Positions 11,401 to 23,706 of a stretch of 64,000 bases of DNA are shown one piece after another (position 1 is the first letter of the stretch; each line of letters opens with the position of its first letter). This DNA comes from Psammoneis japonica. Its lineage: Eukaryota. The notes below the pieces were generated by a model, which saw only the letters and a program-made list of their open reading frames with translations, ran no database searches and was not told the origin of the DNA. Made by a program: the position numbers and the translations under genes. The stretch covers positions 372,001-436,000 of the forward strand of contig QPGO01000025.1 in assembly GCA_008632985.1 (NCBI GenBank), in the 5' to 3' direction.

Positions 11401-13196
11401 AAACCTTGATGCTGGACGACACCCTTTGGGTCCACCCGAATCATGACAAGCCATTCCACATTTGTGCTGACTCTTCGGACTGTCAGATGGGAGCCGCAAT
11501 TGTGCAAGACGGGAAACCAGTGGCTTGCTGGTCCCGGAAACTCAGCGCAGCACAACAGAACCACTCTGCGATTGAAAAAGAATTGTTGGCGGTGGCAATG
11601 TGTTTCAAAGAATTTCGAAGCATGTCATTTGGAGCTGACTGCACTGTTTTCACGGATCATAAAAATCTCACCTTTCGTGCGCTCAATTCTCAACGAGTTC
11701 TCAGGTGGCGACTCTTCTTGGAAGATTTTGCCCCAACTTTCGAATGCGTTGATGGCAAAGATGATCTCTTGGCGGATTGTTTTTCAAGATTGCCGCGTGT
11801 GGACCCTCCTGCGGAAGGGAAGTGTGCTCCCAACAAGGGCAAACTGATTGATTTTAAGGCGATCGACCCTGCCATGCTGCCGCATGAAGAAGAACTGGAT
11901 GACCAAAACCGTGTGTCTCATTTTTCCTGTCGTCGTGAAGAACCATCTCCATTTTACTCTTCTGTCGTGGACGACCCCGAATTGTGTGAATCATTTTTGA
12001 ACCATCCTTCTCTCAAGGAAATGCAAAACCCTGCAACCATGCAACGAATTCAAGAATGCCAATTCGTCGACGTGGAGCTGAACAATGTGCGACAACAACA
12101 TCCAGAACGCTTCGTTGTGGAATGTGTGAATCAGCGTCCTGTAATTTGTTGTCGTGCTCGACCGAATGATCCTCCGACTGCATGGAAAATTTGTGTTCCA
12201 ACGGCGTTGCTGCACGACATCATACGATGGCATCACAGGATTTTGGGACATGCAGGAGTGCACCGAATGCTTTCCACTGTTGGCGCACATTTCTGTCATC
12301 CTGCCCTTCGTCAATCCTGTGAAAGATTTCATTGTGCTGATTGTCAACATTTGAAAACTTTGGGCCCTGGACATGGGGACCTGCCTGAACGGGAAGCGCC
12401 TTTGTTGCCATGGACGGAAGTTGCGGTTGACCTCATCGGTCCCTGGAAAATTGAAATTCAAAACCATGAAATCGAATTCAACGCTTTGACTTGTGTTGAT
12501 GCCGTTTCGAATGTGACTGAACTCATTCGCATCGACAACAAAACCTCGTCTCACATTGCTTGACAATTTGAAAATTGTTGGTTGTCTCGTCATCCTCGTC
12601 CCAACCGTTGTGTCCATGACAATGGTGGAGAATTCATTGGAGAGGACTTTCAATTGTTATTGCAACGAGCAGGAGTGGAAGATGCTCCGACTGCGTCGCG
12701 AAATCCACAAGCCAATGCGGCATGCGAGCGTGTGCATCAAACTGTTGGAAATGTCTTGCGCACTTTGCTTCATGTTTATCCTCCACAGAATGTTGAGCAG
12801 GCTAATCAACCAGTGGACAATGCATTGGCAACCGCCATGCATGCAATGCGATGTGCGGTTTCTCGTGCTCTCAAGATTTCACCCGGTGCCATGGTTTTTC
12901 AACGTGACATGATTCTTGACTTGCCGGTCCCAGCCGATCTTGCTGCCATTCAAGAACACCGACAAGCGATTGTTAATGCGAATCTCCGTCGAGCCAACGC
13001 TAAACGCCGATCCTACGATTTTCAAGTTGGCGGACAAGTTCTACTCAAGGCTGTCGACCCAACCAAGCTCGAGCCACGAGCTCACGGTCCATGTCCTGTC
13101 ATTCAAGTGCACGCTGACGGCACGATTATGGTCCAACGTGCACCTCATGTGACAGAACGATTGAATATTCGTCGCGTCGTACCGTATCGTACCTGA
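8481..13196 (+). pseudogene. gag-pol of element 1 (Gag, aspartic protease LDSGG, RT YIDD, RNase H, integrase), one frame interrupted by TGA stops
   Basis: ORF pieces starting 8457, 9714, 10110, 10944 and 12582 share one frame. Motifs PLDSGG, DFRELNK, ETYIDD, TDHKNL, VDLIGP/HDNGGEF. Pol stops are TGA at positions consistent with CGA (10011, 10932, 12561). Confidence 0.93.
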
Positions 13197-13309
13197 GGTT
13201 AAGGGTTTTCTCCCCAACATTTGGGTTTCCCTTCTCTCCTCATCCATTGGAATTTAAATTTTTTTGAGTCCCGCATGATTCTCGACACTCGAATCATGGA
13301 AGGGAAGAG

Positions 13310-13471
13310 TGCAGTGTCTCGCACCTTATTTTTCTGATATATAGTATTAATGAACCTATTAGATATAACGGAAGCCGTTGTAACGGGCTTCGCTGAAAGC
13401 GACCCTCGTTACCTCGGTCTTTCGCTCACAATTTTGTTATCACTGAAGTCTTTATCTCGTTAGACCTTGCA
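13310..13471 (+). repeat. 3' LTR of element 1
   Basis: Follows the PPT, is identical to the 5' LTR and is followed by TSD TGGCC. Confidence 0.97.
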
Positions 13472-13761
13472 TGGCCAAGGCTGGCTCACTTTCAATTTTG
13501 TCAGCAGACGGTGACGGACAAGAGTTGGTATTTGGCATGTCATGGCACACACAATTTAGAAACGGTTTCAGCGTCACTGACGTCGGTGACGGTGATTGTC
13601 ACCGACATGCACAGTTGTGAAACCGTCCTCGAAAGAAAGGTTGAAATGGAACGAAAACCTTTTTCAAACAAAATTGGCAATTTGAAACACGTCGTGTTTC
13701 CACGCTGTCAAGCTACAAATTATTCACAAACAAATGTCAAAGGAAGTTTGCTGCAACAACA

Positions 13762-14718
13762 ATGCCAAAGACGTCAACCGAGCGCACGAGGAAGTGGAGG
13801 GCCCGTAAAATCGAGAGATTGGGACTGGGAGAGTACAAGAAAGATCGCAGGCTTGAAGGCCGTGAGTATCGCGAGAGGAAGAAGGAAGAAGCAAATGGGA
13901 CTTCAAAAATCCTTGCCGCTGCCAAGGAGCTTCTGAAGGACCAAGGGAAGGAGCGTGGAAACGTTCTGGAGAGCCAAGCGAAGGAGCGCAAGTAGGAGCG
14001 CAAGCTTTTTGTGAGATTGATTGGTGCGAAACCGACCGCAAAGAAGAGCCACGGACGCTATCATGATGAGGGTTCGTTGTCGGATGGTGAGATTCGAGAG
14101 TACAAGCATGAACCCATCTTGGATGAAGAGGAACACTTGGACGATGACCAGCACGAACCCGCCTTGTTCGACGAAGAGAAATGCTCGGACGACGAGGAAA
14201 CTAGTGTCGGCAATGTTGGTAGTTACAACCGTCGCTGGAAACAGGGTGACTCGATAATAAGTTTGCCCTTAACCGAGCGTTCTCGAACTGTGTGGATTGA
14301 TCGCGGAAATGATTCGGCCCTCTCTATTATTGGAACGAAGATTGTCCAAGAGGCCTTCGAAACACACATTCCAACGTTGAAGAAAAAGGACGGTCTCGGT
14401 AAGATCTTAGAACAAGTGGAAGATGACTTGCCCAGAAAGGTTCTTAAGAGCCTGCGGTACATTCTAAAGCATCGCAACCATCTTGTGCACAAAAAGTGGT
14501 TGTACCAGCTGGAAAACCGTAAAAAATATGAGAAGCAGTTGAAGTTCGTCCTGGAAAAACTCTGCCCAAAGTGGGAATTGTGTCACGACAACCCCGAAGC
14601 GGAACGTCTACGACAAGAGCTCGATGATGCAAACGCAGAGATTGAGCGGCTCAGGCAAGAGCTATATGATGCCGAACACTGCCGACCGACAAAGCGCCAC
14701 CGCCGGGAATACTATTGA
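13762..14718 (+). CDS. Hypothetical protein with putative HEPN/DUF4145-like domain; in-frame TAG at 13993
   Basis: ORFs 13762-13995 and 14011-14718 share a frame, and the stop lies within a short duplication (aaggagcgcaag/taggagcgcaag). C-terminal part reads GLGKILEQVEDDLPRKVLKSLRYILKHRNHLVH (RxxxxH). Normal TA content. Confidence 0.55.
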
Positions 14719-15637
14719 ACAATACTCTACAGATTTATTGTCAGCGACATGGCGCTTCCGAAGGGATACTGCTTCTATTGTAATTAACTTCTATAACTAT
14801 CATATCTGGAATAAGTTGTAATGCGTGTACGCACAGTAAAATATAAAACGAGTGTAGCTGCATAACGAATCGTTTACTCTTTTGGGGCATCGGGTTGGAC
14901 ACTAGGATCAGACGCCCATCATGGCGTTTTTCCGTTGTGAGCTGATCGTTTTCAACTCGTTTTTGGACCCGTCGTCTTTTGTCTGGGTGAATTCCCCGCA
15001 AAAGAGGCTGCCTCAACCGACCCAAAACGCGGCGCAGGCTCGGATTCTTTCCCCTCGGTCCCGTGTAAATACCGGCGTGATCAGGATAAATCCAATCGAT
15101 GTAATTTTCCTACTTGTTCATGCAATCCAGGGGCCTGGTATGCAAGTGGAAAAGCAGCATGCACACGGGCCCCAAACATTGAGCGCAAGATTTCGCAAAC
15201 CTCTAAAAATCAAAATAGACCCTTCCAAACAACTGAGCAAAAGCCAATAAACGAAGGGTGCGACGCGGGGGCATGCGGTATTGTGTTTTCGCATCCGGTT
15301 CCTTCTTATAGATGGGGATTAAAGTTCCAGTTCCGCTGGTGCTTCAAAATCCTCCTGAGCTTTCAATTCATTCGAATCACACACGGAGCCTGCCAAAATC
15401 AGGCATCTTAGTGCACATTCTTCTTGCTCACTGTGGTCCTGCATGGCAGACGCGACATTGAATACGAAGCATTTATCAAGGATTGCAGGGGATACTTCCA
15501 AAGCGATGGTCTCAGCGTCATGTATTGGTTGTTGAAAGGGATGAGTAAATCTCGGCAAACACTGCTTGACCCCCAACGAGCTCAAGACGAGCTCATTTAG
15601 AACATCAATGACAAAGGATCATGATGTATCTTCGCAT

Positions 15638-17350
15638 CTAACTGTCGTCCTTTCCACACAGAGTGCGTTTCCCTTTTGTCGGGTTAGATTGGTCCACTAG
15701 TTTTGTAAGGCGAAACGACGCAGCAAACCAACAAGCTGAAACACAACTAGATGCCATTGCAATTTGACAAAACATCCCAGAATCGGAGCCGTAGGCAGCT
15801 GTAATTGCAGAGAGACTTACAGCCATAAACGACTTGCCCAGTCTGTTTGCAAATAGCCCAACGATTTCCTTTCCGACGAATCTACTTTCGTAATCAAGCG
15901 ATACATATACCTATGCATTCACAACAACACGGTGAGAAAAACCGGGAGATGACAATTTATTATTCCAGTACGAATTCAGGACGGCGACGGTATCTGTCAT
16001 TTCTACTCACCATCTCGTTTGCTACTCCACGGAGCGAATACTCCATGGTCTTCATTGCAAAGAAAGAAGCGGTTATAAGCTCCAAAGAAACAGTAGGTTG
16101 CAAGCCAAGGAACATGGTGAAACACATCATCACAAGAGGCATGAACAGCCAAATTGATCGGGTGTCAATGTGCTTAACCAGAAGCGGAAGAGCGAAAAAC
16201 TGAATGACGCCGCTCACTCCGTTGATCCATGCGTAGCAATTCCCCGTCCATGCAGCTCGCTTCTCATCATCCGAAATACTCTCTTTCACTTGCATCATGT
16301 ACAAGAACGAAATCAAAGACGACAAGCATTGACAGCTCAAGACCTCAGAGCAAAGTGCGCCGAGTACGGGCACTCTACGAAACAAGCGGCGGGCAGTGAG
16401 AAGCAAGGATTGATCGGCACTACTGCTCTTTTTCTTTGAACTCTTTTGTTCCGTTACTTTCCGTGGTTCGAAGCCATACTACAACACGAAATATGTTTTC
16501 AGAAACAAAACTATTCAGAATGGAAGGATTGTATTGCCATACAAACAGTACTCAGAAAACTTACCTGATCCGCAACATTGTAGGCCCAATCGCCGCACAT
16601 GGCACTTAGAATCAATAGAGACGCTGCTGCATACAATAATCCTCCCAATCCCATCGTAGCTACCAACGGCGCAACCGAAAAGGCAGCCAGAGTCGATGAA
16701 ATGGACGCAATTCCCGCAATGAGCGAAAGCCAGACAGCTCCCTCTTTGCGGCTCTGTAAGGAACCAAGAAAGGACCAGTGTTGTGTGTACAACAGCTGCA
16801 CGAACCCACTTTGTAGCACATACATGAAAAACAGAGCTACACGGGATATCGAATGGTAAATGTTTCGCTGGGACGCTGCCTCGCTGGGAATTAAATCATC
16901 ATCAAGGTACTCATCAATAGTAGTTAGCATCAACCCACCACATGAGAACATGCAGGCACAAAATAACGTGCTGTATCGAAGAGCCTTTTGAGGACCACTT
17001 TTGCCCAGAATCTTTGTGTATATCATTAGCAAGCATATCGAGAAAGGAGCGACGCAACTACGCACACAGGGAAGATTCGAGGAAGAGATGACCGTGAGTA
17101 AGAAAATAGCCCGCAGCATCACAGATTGTACCAGCATACGATCAAATGTGAATAGCACTCACCCGGTCGCAAACGGAAGCGCAGAAGGATTAGAAAAGCC
17201 CGTACGATGGGATGTGAACATGGCCAAGACTGAACTTCTAGCAAACTCGTATCCAGAAAAATGAAGGGCACTCGCCAACGTCATGGCGATAACGGATTGA
17301 GCCTTTGGATGTATCGACACATTGTACATTACTCCCCTTGAACGCTTCAT
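15638..17350 (-). CDS. TLC/NTT-like (ATP/ADP or nucleotide translocase-like) membrane transporter, 4 exons
   Basis: Spliceable hydrophobic ORFs: approx. exons 17350-17163, 17057-16565, ~16478-16011, ~15910-15638 with GT-AG introns. Motifs GYEFARS, QHWSFLGS, KTMEYSLRGVANEMVYVSLDYESRFVGKE...NRLGKS. Start codon uncertain. Confidence 0.75.
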
Positions 17351-17729
17351 GGTTCGATAACGTCTTACGGTAGGCGCACTCAACGCACTGTATTCATACC
17401 ACGGCTGTCTTTCTCTCCATCCTTGCAGGCCCCCACATCATTTTTTCCCGCGCTTTTTGCTTTCTTTGAAAAAGGGGGGAATTAAATTTTATTAAAAGCT
17501 ATAATATTGAATATATTTTTGAATAACGCAATGCGAGCCATCGGTAATCAGGGAATGCCGAGTGCAAAATAAACGTTTGCAGAGCGTTCCGTGTTATTGG
17601 TGTTCAATCATTGAATCGAAGTTATTCTCCTCGCTGTCTTGTCGCTGTCGTGATTTGTGAAATATATTTCAGGGAAGAGCAACGAGGAACCAAAACACCT
17701 GCGCCGCTTCACAAAACGCGAACAGCATA

Positions 17730-19088
17730 ATGCCCGACAACATTCATCTTGCAATCGCCATGGCGAAGAAAGGCGAGATGAATCCAGAGCAGTTCAAAAA
17801 GGCAATGCCTGATTCTGCGGCTCGCCTTAGAGGCAACTTTGATCGGTCTATCTCGGAACCGCCGTTTGATCGCATCTACGCTGTCACATTGTCTCAGCTC
17901 GAGTATCCAGATCTCATGGACAAGACGCTACCTTTCAAGGCCAACGTTGGCACCCCGACAGTAATGAAAGAGGTCAAAGAAATCCTTTCGTTGGTTTCTG
18001 TCCTAACTTGTATGGATGCTGCTGTGTACGCAAATGCTCCATATCAAGCACTGTTCTACCTCTCATATGTAAAAAATGTGCAGCAGAAATGCGAAATCTT
18101 TGGTGTTGGTGGTGATATGATTGCCGACATATATCACTCTGCTTTCGTCAAGACTGCATATGAGTTTCAAGAGGAAATTGAGAGTGGAGGCCGGATGAGA
18201 CTCGGCGATGTATGTGATTACCTCAATGATAGCGATGGCTTTCGCGACCAGTTCATTGATTACCTCGAACACGCTGTCACCCTCCCAGACAATCTGACGA
18301 CGGTCGAGGAACTCATTGAACACGCGAAGGAATACCATTCGGCACAGGCTGTTACGCAATCTTTCGTCAAGTCTGTCAGAGTCATTAAGGAGTTTCCAAA
18401 CTACTTTTCATGTCTTCAATGCTGGGTCTGCGGAGCTACTGAGACAAAGAACTGTTCCGCATGCAAGGTTGCAGCTTTCTGCGGCCGACCCTGTCTCCGG
18501 AAAGCTTGGAAGAAGAATCACAAGGTTCATTGCTTCCATTACAAGAGGGTAATGGATTATGTAGAACGACAATGCAGACGCATTGAACAGGCCTTGATGG
18601 AGAGCTTTCTTGCACCGGGAATCAGTTTGTTACAGCCGAATCAGCTCTTTGATTATACGATGGTCTGTACTCAAGCGTCGTTTATTGCTCAAGATCCCGG
18701 AGCTTCGCTACAGGAAGACACAGTTTCGATCAACAACTTCTACAAGAATCTCCTGCAAGTTGAGAAGGACGATTCGGCTTTTCGTTAGCTGTTTAAGCGC
18801 GGAACTAAAGTGGACAACAATGCGGCTATTCACTCGTTGGTCAATGTGTGTGTCAGTCTCATGTACAATGGGAGCCCTCCGCAGACACTTCCATTTCCAA
18901 AGGTAACTCGAAACACGTTCTTGAAGAAATACAAGGATGCGTCAGGCTTTGTCAAGCAATCGGAGGAAATGGTGAAGGCTTCAGTGATTGAGGACCTCAA
19001 GGCGTTCTTTACATCCGAAGACTACAGTCAGCTTTCCGTCGAGGAAGTCAACCATCGTTGTCAAGAGGTAAAAAAGGCGGGTATCTGA
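17730..19088 (+). CDS. MYND-type zinc finger protein (in-frame TAG at 18786-18788; frame continues to 19088)
   Basis: CWVCG...CSACKVAAFCGRPCLRKAWKKNHKVHC motif in a 352-aa ORF with an in-frame downstream continuation. Confidence 0.75.
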
Positions 19089-19298
19089 TAGCCTCTCACT
19101 AGAGAAGTCCTTGCATTATAGCGACGGGACTGGGGCTTCATGCAAGCGAACGACAAAGATAATAGCAATGCCAGAAAAATACTAAATTATGAACAAGTGT
19201 ATACATAGGTACACGCGTTTGAAACTGACTGATAACTAGTAGTACACAGAAATCTACGTTAATCCTTTTTCCAATACTCAACACTTGGACTTTGAGGC

Positions 19299-19910
19299 TT
19301 ACTCTTCGACTTCTTCCCATTCGTCGCTATCTTTGTTCTTCGCTTCCTCCTCCATTGGAACGGTCGTCACCTCAATTTCCTCCTCAGCCTTCGCCTCCTC
19401 GTCTTCCTTAGGCTCAGCCTTATCAGGCTCGTCATGGAGAATCGTAGCTTCAGCTTCTGGGACAACTTCGGTCTTTTCTTCCTCCTCCATGGATTCATCC
19501 GTTGGAGTACTGATCTCGGTAATTGGAATCGTCTGAGATGTAGGCTTGGAACTCTGTGGAGCTCGAAGATGCAATACGCCATTCTCCAACGAAGCTGTCA
19601 TGTTTGAAACATCGACGCCGTCGTCATCAAAGCGGAAATACTTGGAGATCTCTTCATATCCCTCACGTTGTCCTGAAATATGAAGAAGTCCATCTTCAAC
19701 TTCGACCTTCAGATTACTGAGCTTGATACCCGGCACGTCGACCGATAAACGGAATCCTTCATCGCCGTTGGTGAAATAATACCCCTTGTTGCAGGAAAAG
19801 GATGGACGTTGCCTGGGACCATGGTGGTAGGCTCTCCACGAGCGGTGATATGGCGCTCCGTAGGAACGATGGTGGGAGAAACAGGGGCTTCGAGTGGTCA
19901 TAAAGTACAT
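19299..19910 (-). CDS. Small heat-shock protein (HSP20/alpha-crystallin domain) with acidic tail
   Basis: LSVDVPGIKLSNLKVEVEDGLLHISGQR...ASLENGVLHLRAP; ATG at 19910. Confidence 0.9.
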   Translation of the reverse strand: MYFMTTRSPCFSHHRSYGAPYHRSWRAYHHGPRQRPSFSCNKGYYFTNGDEGFRLSVDVPGIKLSNLKVEVEDGLLHISGQREGYEEISKYFRFDDDGVDVSNMTASLENGVLHLRAPQSSKPTSQTIPITEISTPTDESMEEEEKTEVVPEAEATILHDEPDKAEPKEDEEAKAEEEIEVTTVPMEEEAKNKDSDEWEEVEE

Positions 19911-20322
19911 TGTTGTCGGTTGCGTTTTAGCTTCACCTTCGCTTTTTGATTTTTTATGAGCAGTTTGTGGGAGGAAAAAAGTGAGGAGCGTGATGGAGAA
20001 ATCGAATGGGTTCAGCACTTGGTTTTGTGCTGAAGTCCTACGAGGGGCTACGGAAAAACATCTACGTATGCTTCAAACACATTTCTAAATATAATAATAT
20101 GTATGTACAAAATATACGAAAAATCACGTAAGAATGATCGACGAGGTCGAAAGAAAGCGGTGCGAAACACGACTCGACTAACTTCTGTTTCCTTCGATAG
20201 CTGTCGGACTGAATCTTTATTATTCTTCTTTCTTTCAGTCTCGCAATTACTTGGATCAAAGTAGTATGAATGCTAGAGAAAAGTATGCATAGACTGTATT
20301 GTACTCGTTCAAAGCTTATTAA

Positions 20323-21684
20323 TTACGCTGGTAGCTTTTCCTCCTTAAGTTCCAATTCTCTGTAGCTTGGTCCGTCGCTGCTTTTCGTTGAGGCGATCGA
20401 TCGAGCCATTAGCAACCAAAAGAAGGCGCACAATCCCCAGAAGAACGTTGAAAGATAAAATAGATTCAGTGCTAACGCATGGGCTTTTTCAGATTGCATT
20501 GATTCACTGGTTTCGTCAATCATTCCTTTCGTGAGGTAGCCTACGAGCGGAGCACCAAAAATTGCAGCGGCTGTCTTTTCTAACAGGATCCAAAATGCAA
20601 CAATCTGAGCTCTCTCTGACGGATTTCGAGCCAAGTCCGCACAGATTGGGCGAATAGCAGCTGCCTGTGTCCAGCAGCCCACGATAAAGAAGCAGTTGTA
20701 CCAAACCATTGCCCATCCATAGGAACTTGAAAACAAGAAAAGGGAGAAACTGACAATCCCAGCAATGATACTTGTAAGAGCCACATAGATTCGTCCCCTG
20801 GTGTGGTGAGCAAACATATCACCAAGTGATCCACCGATCATTCCGCCAAACATTCCGCAAACACCCGAAGAAAACTGGAGAAAGACAACTTCCTCCTTCG
20901 AGAATTCCTTCCATTCCATTAGAAGCAACACAAACGACATCATATTCCAAGGTACTCCGCCTGTAACGCCTTGGGCGACAAGGTAGAAAAAGGTGGGTAT
21001 TCGTGCAATCCGTCTCATAATTTGTCCAAAAGTCATTTGTGGTTCATCGCTGGAAACCGCGTCGCTGTCACTGTTGCTGCGTTTTCTTTGAATTCTCAGT
21101 TTGCCCTTGGCCGCGATTGCGACAGCACCAGACATCAAGCCTACTACAACATACGGCATCCTCCACTCATCGAACCACACTACAGACGAAGTGGCAATGG
21201 TTCCTGCTGCTCTCTCCATCAATCCCATCAACCCGAATGCTCGACCCTTCATTGTCGGTGGCACGAATTCGATCAACATCGTTTGACTAAGTGGCAGAAT
21301 CGAGGCCAGCGCAGCGCCATTAAAACTTCGAAAGATCGCTTGAGAAACAACTCCACCAAAGGCAGCGATTCCAAGAGTAGCGAGTCCCCAGGCAAAACAC
21401 GACACGGACAAAATGTTGTGCGCTTGATAAATTGTGTACCGATGAACGAGCCAACCCCAGAACGGAAGCGATAGGGCGTAGGAAAGATTTGTAAAGAGGG
21501 AAAAATAACCAAGAGTTGCCACGTCAAGGTGAAGGGTCCGCTCAAGTACTGGAAACGATGCAGAGAGCAAGGCGTTATCAGCACTGTCGAGTGCGGCGAT
21601 GAAAACAAGCAGAAGAATCGGGAGCGTGAACAACGCCTTGTGGCTGTCCCAAAGCGAAGTAAGCGCCGCCATTTTCAAAGTCAT
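20323..21684 (-). CDS. MFS transporter, Spinster-like
   Basis: ~450-aa intronless multi-TM ORF with ALDSADNALL, FWGWL and KGRAFGL MFS-type motifs. Confidence 0.88.
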   Translation of the reverse strand: MTLKMAALTSLWDSHKALFTLPILLLVFIAALDSADNALLSASFPVLERTLHLDVATLGYFSLFTNLSYALSLPFWGWLVHRYTIYQAHNILSVSCFAWGLATLGIAAFGGVVSQAIFRSFNGAALASILPLSQTMLIEFVPPTMKGRAFGLMGLMERAAGTIATSSVVWFDEWRMPYVVVGLMSGAVAIAAKGKLRIQRKRSNSDSDAVSSDEPQMTFGQIMRRIARIPTFFYLVAQGVTGGVPWNMMSFVLLLMEWKEFSKEEVVFLQFSSGVCGMFGGMIGGSLGDMFAHHTRGRIYVALTSIIAGIVSFSLFLFSSSYGWAMVWYNCFFIVGCWTQAAAIRPICADLARNPSERAQIVAFWILLEKTAAAIFGAPLVGYLTKGMIDETSESMQSEKAHALALNLFYLSTFFWGLCAFFWLLMARSIASTKSSDGPSYRELELKEEKLPA

Positions 21685-21933
21685 TCCTTTTCGCACAGGT
21701 TGGTCCTCTCTTTTTTTCGTTTAGCAACGGCGACTGGGAAGGGCGCATAAATCTTTTGGGCCGTCTCTACGAGTATAAAGTCTCTACCACCAAGATGAGG
21801 TGCAGAACTTGGCCATGGCTCCCTCTTATTTTGATTTTTTGAGATGCCAGAAGAACCTACCGTACCGACCGAAGACCAAGCGGAATGTCCGGGGCAATAG
21901 AAGTTAAAATGAACAGATACATTTTATGATGTC

Positions 21934-22097
21934 TGCAGCAACTCACTCGCACGCTTCTGATATATAGTATTAATTTTGGATATTAGATTAACGTAGCCGT
22001 TTGAGAGGGGCTCGCCAGCGTTCGCTAACGCTTAGGCTCCCCTCTCTTCGGTCTACTCACTTCTTTGTTTTGACATCAGTTTCAGCTTGAGCTTGCA
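21934..22097 (+). repeat. 5' LTR of element 2 (TpA intact)
   Basis: Colinear with 33593-33756; shares ctgatatatagtattaat with the element 1 LTRs. Confidence 0.96.
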
Positions 22098-22127
22098 CTG
22101 TAATTACAGTCGATTGTAAAGAGCTGA

Positions 22128-22352
22128 ATGAGAAACAACGATGCAACTAATGGGCTTGCGAAACAAGAGAAAAGAGTGTTGAGAGCGAAGGCAGCGAACT
22201 GGGCTTTGGAACAAAAACGGCAAAAGGAGACACGAAAACAACGCGAACAGGATTTGGCGATTCGGGTTGCACAACTCGAGTCGAAGGTAGAGTGCTTGAA
22301 GCAGTTTCTTGGAGGACCAACTTGGCCTGATGAGCAATCGCGAGAGCCTTAA
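22128..22352 (+). CDS. Small upstream ORF of element 2 (74 aa)
   Basis: Homolog of 8276-8491 (EKRxLRAxAAxWAxE...EQxLAxRVxxLESKVExL). Confidence 0.6.
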   Translation: MRNNDATNGLAKQEKRVLRAKAANWALEQKRQKETRKQREQDLAIRVAQLESKVECLKQFLGGPTWPDEQSREP

Positions 22353-23706
22353 AGAACCGTGCATTTTGCATGCTGTGAAATTTGCTCATTCGGATTTGGA
22401 GCTTGCAAAATTGACTCAATCGCACGATGATGGCAGCACGCGTACGAAGAAGTGCCCTTGTTTTGATGGAACTAGTGGCATTGAAGCGTTGTTGTTCATG
22501 GAAGATCGTTTTCGTAAACTGGCTGCAAAACTTGAATTCACTGCAGGCGAAGAACTGTTTGACAATTTCGAGGGGAAGTGTTGACAGATGCCGCTGAAGA
22601 CAAATGGTCCAATCTCACCATGGCGATTCCGGATGCGCAGAAGATGGTGGCTCGTTTTGACCAAGAATTGGCTCGTTTTTATTTGTCATGTTGTGAAACT
22701 GAAGCACGTGACACGATGATTGAATGCTTGCTCTCTCTTAAAAAGCCACACGATGTTGAAGTGCAGGCACGTGCGGATCGAATGGAGACCTTGGCACGAC
22801 ACACGAACAAGTTGCCGGGAAACAATCCAGTTGTCACTCAGAACCAGAAGAAGAAGATGATCTTTGACAGCTTCCCTTTGTCATGGCGCGAGATGCACAC
22901 AAGAGCAGGACGCACGATTGGAAATGATGCATTGGCGGAAATTGTCGCGCACATGAGCACGGAGAAATCATTTGCAGATGGGAACAAGAAGACTTCGAAG
23001 AAGCGCAAAGACGGACAGTCGAAAGGTGGTGGCTCTGCCAAGAAGAAAGGCAATCGCATTGACCCAGAATCTCAATGTCCTTTGCATGCTCACAATCACA
23101 AGTGGAAAGATTGCGCCATGAATCCCGACTCTAACAACTGCCGTCCAAGAACTGATCGCGGAGGTCGCGGGTGTGGTGGCCGTGGCGGTCGAGGTGGCGG
23201 TCGAGGTGGAGGTCGTGGTTGTGGCGGAGCGCAAGGTCGTGGTTGGCAAGGCCGTGGCTGTCAAGGTCATGGTGGTGGCCGAGGAAACTGCGGTGGTCGC
23301 GGAAAACACAACTCTGGCGGCAACAGCGGCGAGCATCATGATGATGGTGGCTCTTGCATGCAACATCAAAACGACACCTGAACCAATGCAGATGGCGGCG
23401 GTTACGGCAATCTGGCCAGAACGGCTCCTCCCAATGATTGGTCTGCTGAAAGCCATCATCTTGATTTGATGGGAGGGCCTCGAGAGCATCGAGGTTGAAC
23501 GGGAAGTTTTCGACCTGGTGGTCGCTTCTTGGGACGCGGTCGACACTCACCCAATGAGCTTGAAGAGCTGTCGTCCGAGTGTGTCACTCCTGATTCTTGC
23601 ATGTTTGATGATTGTGCTGACTGCATTGATGATTGTTGTGTGTGTGCTGCTGATGCATTTGATGATGACGATTTCGGAAATTACACTGTGAATGACGAAG
23701 ACGATG
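22330..23706 (+). pseudogene. gag and gag-pol junction of element 2 (frameshift near 22572)
   Basis: ESLKEPCI...LTQSHDDGSTRTKKCP as in element 1; CPxHxHxHKWKDC knuckle-like motif and RGG-rich tail. Confidence 0.88.

Larger units (their letters stand above)
8085..13471 (+). mobile_element. Ty3/Gypsy LTR retrotransposon, element 1 (family A), full length
   Basis: Identical 162-bp LTRs (8085-8246, 13310-13471, TGCA...TGCA); 5-bp TSD TGGCC (8080-8084 / 13472-13476); PPT GGAAGGGAAGAG at 13298-13309; gag-PR-RT-RH-IN order. Confidence 0.97.

Noticed and set aside
8481..13196. ADAR-type RNA editing or RT error as the source of A>G changes
   Set aside because: Changes occur about equally as A>G and T>C on the same strand, differ between LTRs of one insertion, and also affect DNA-transposon and duplicated-gene sequence.
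8481..13196. Alternative genetic code (TGA read as sense)
   Set aside because: Host genes in the window end at TGA normally (e.g. 47832), and TE TGAs align with Arg codons in the sister element.
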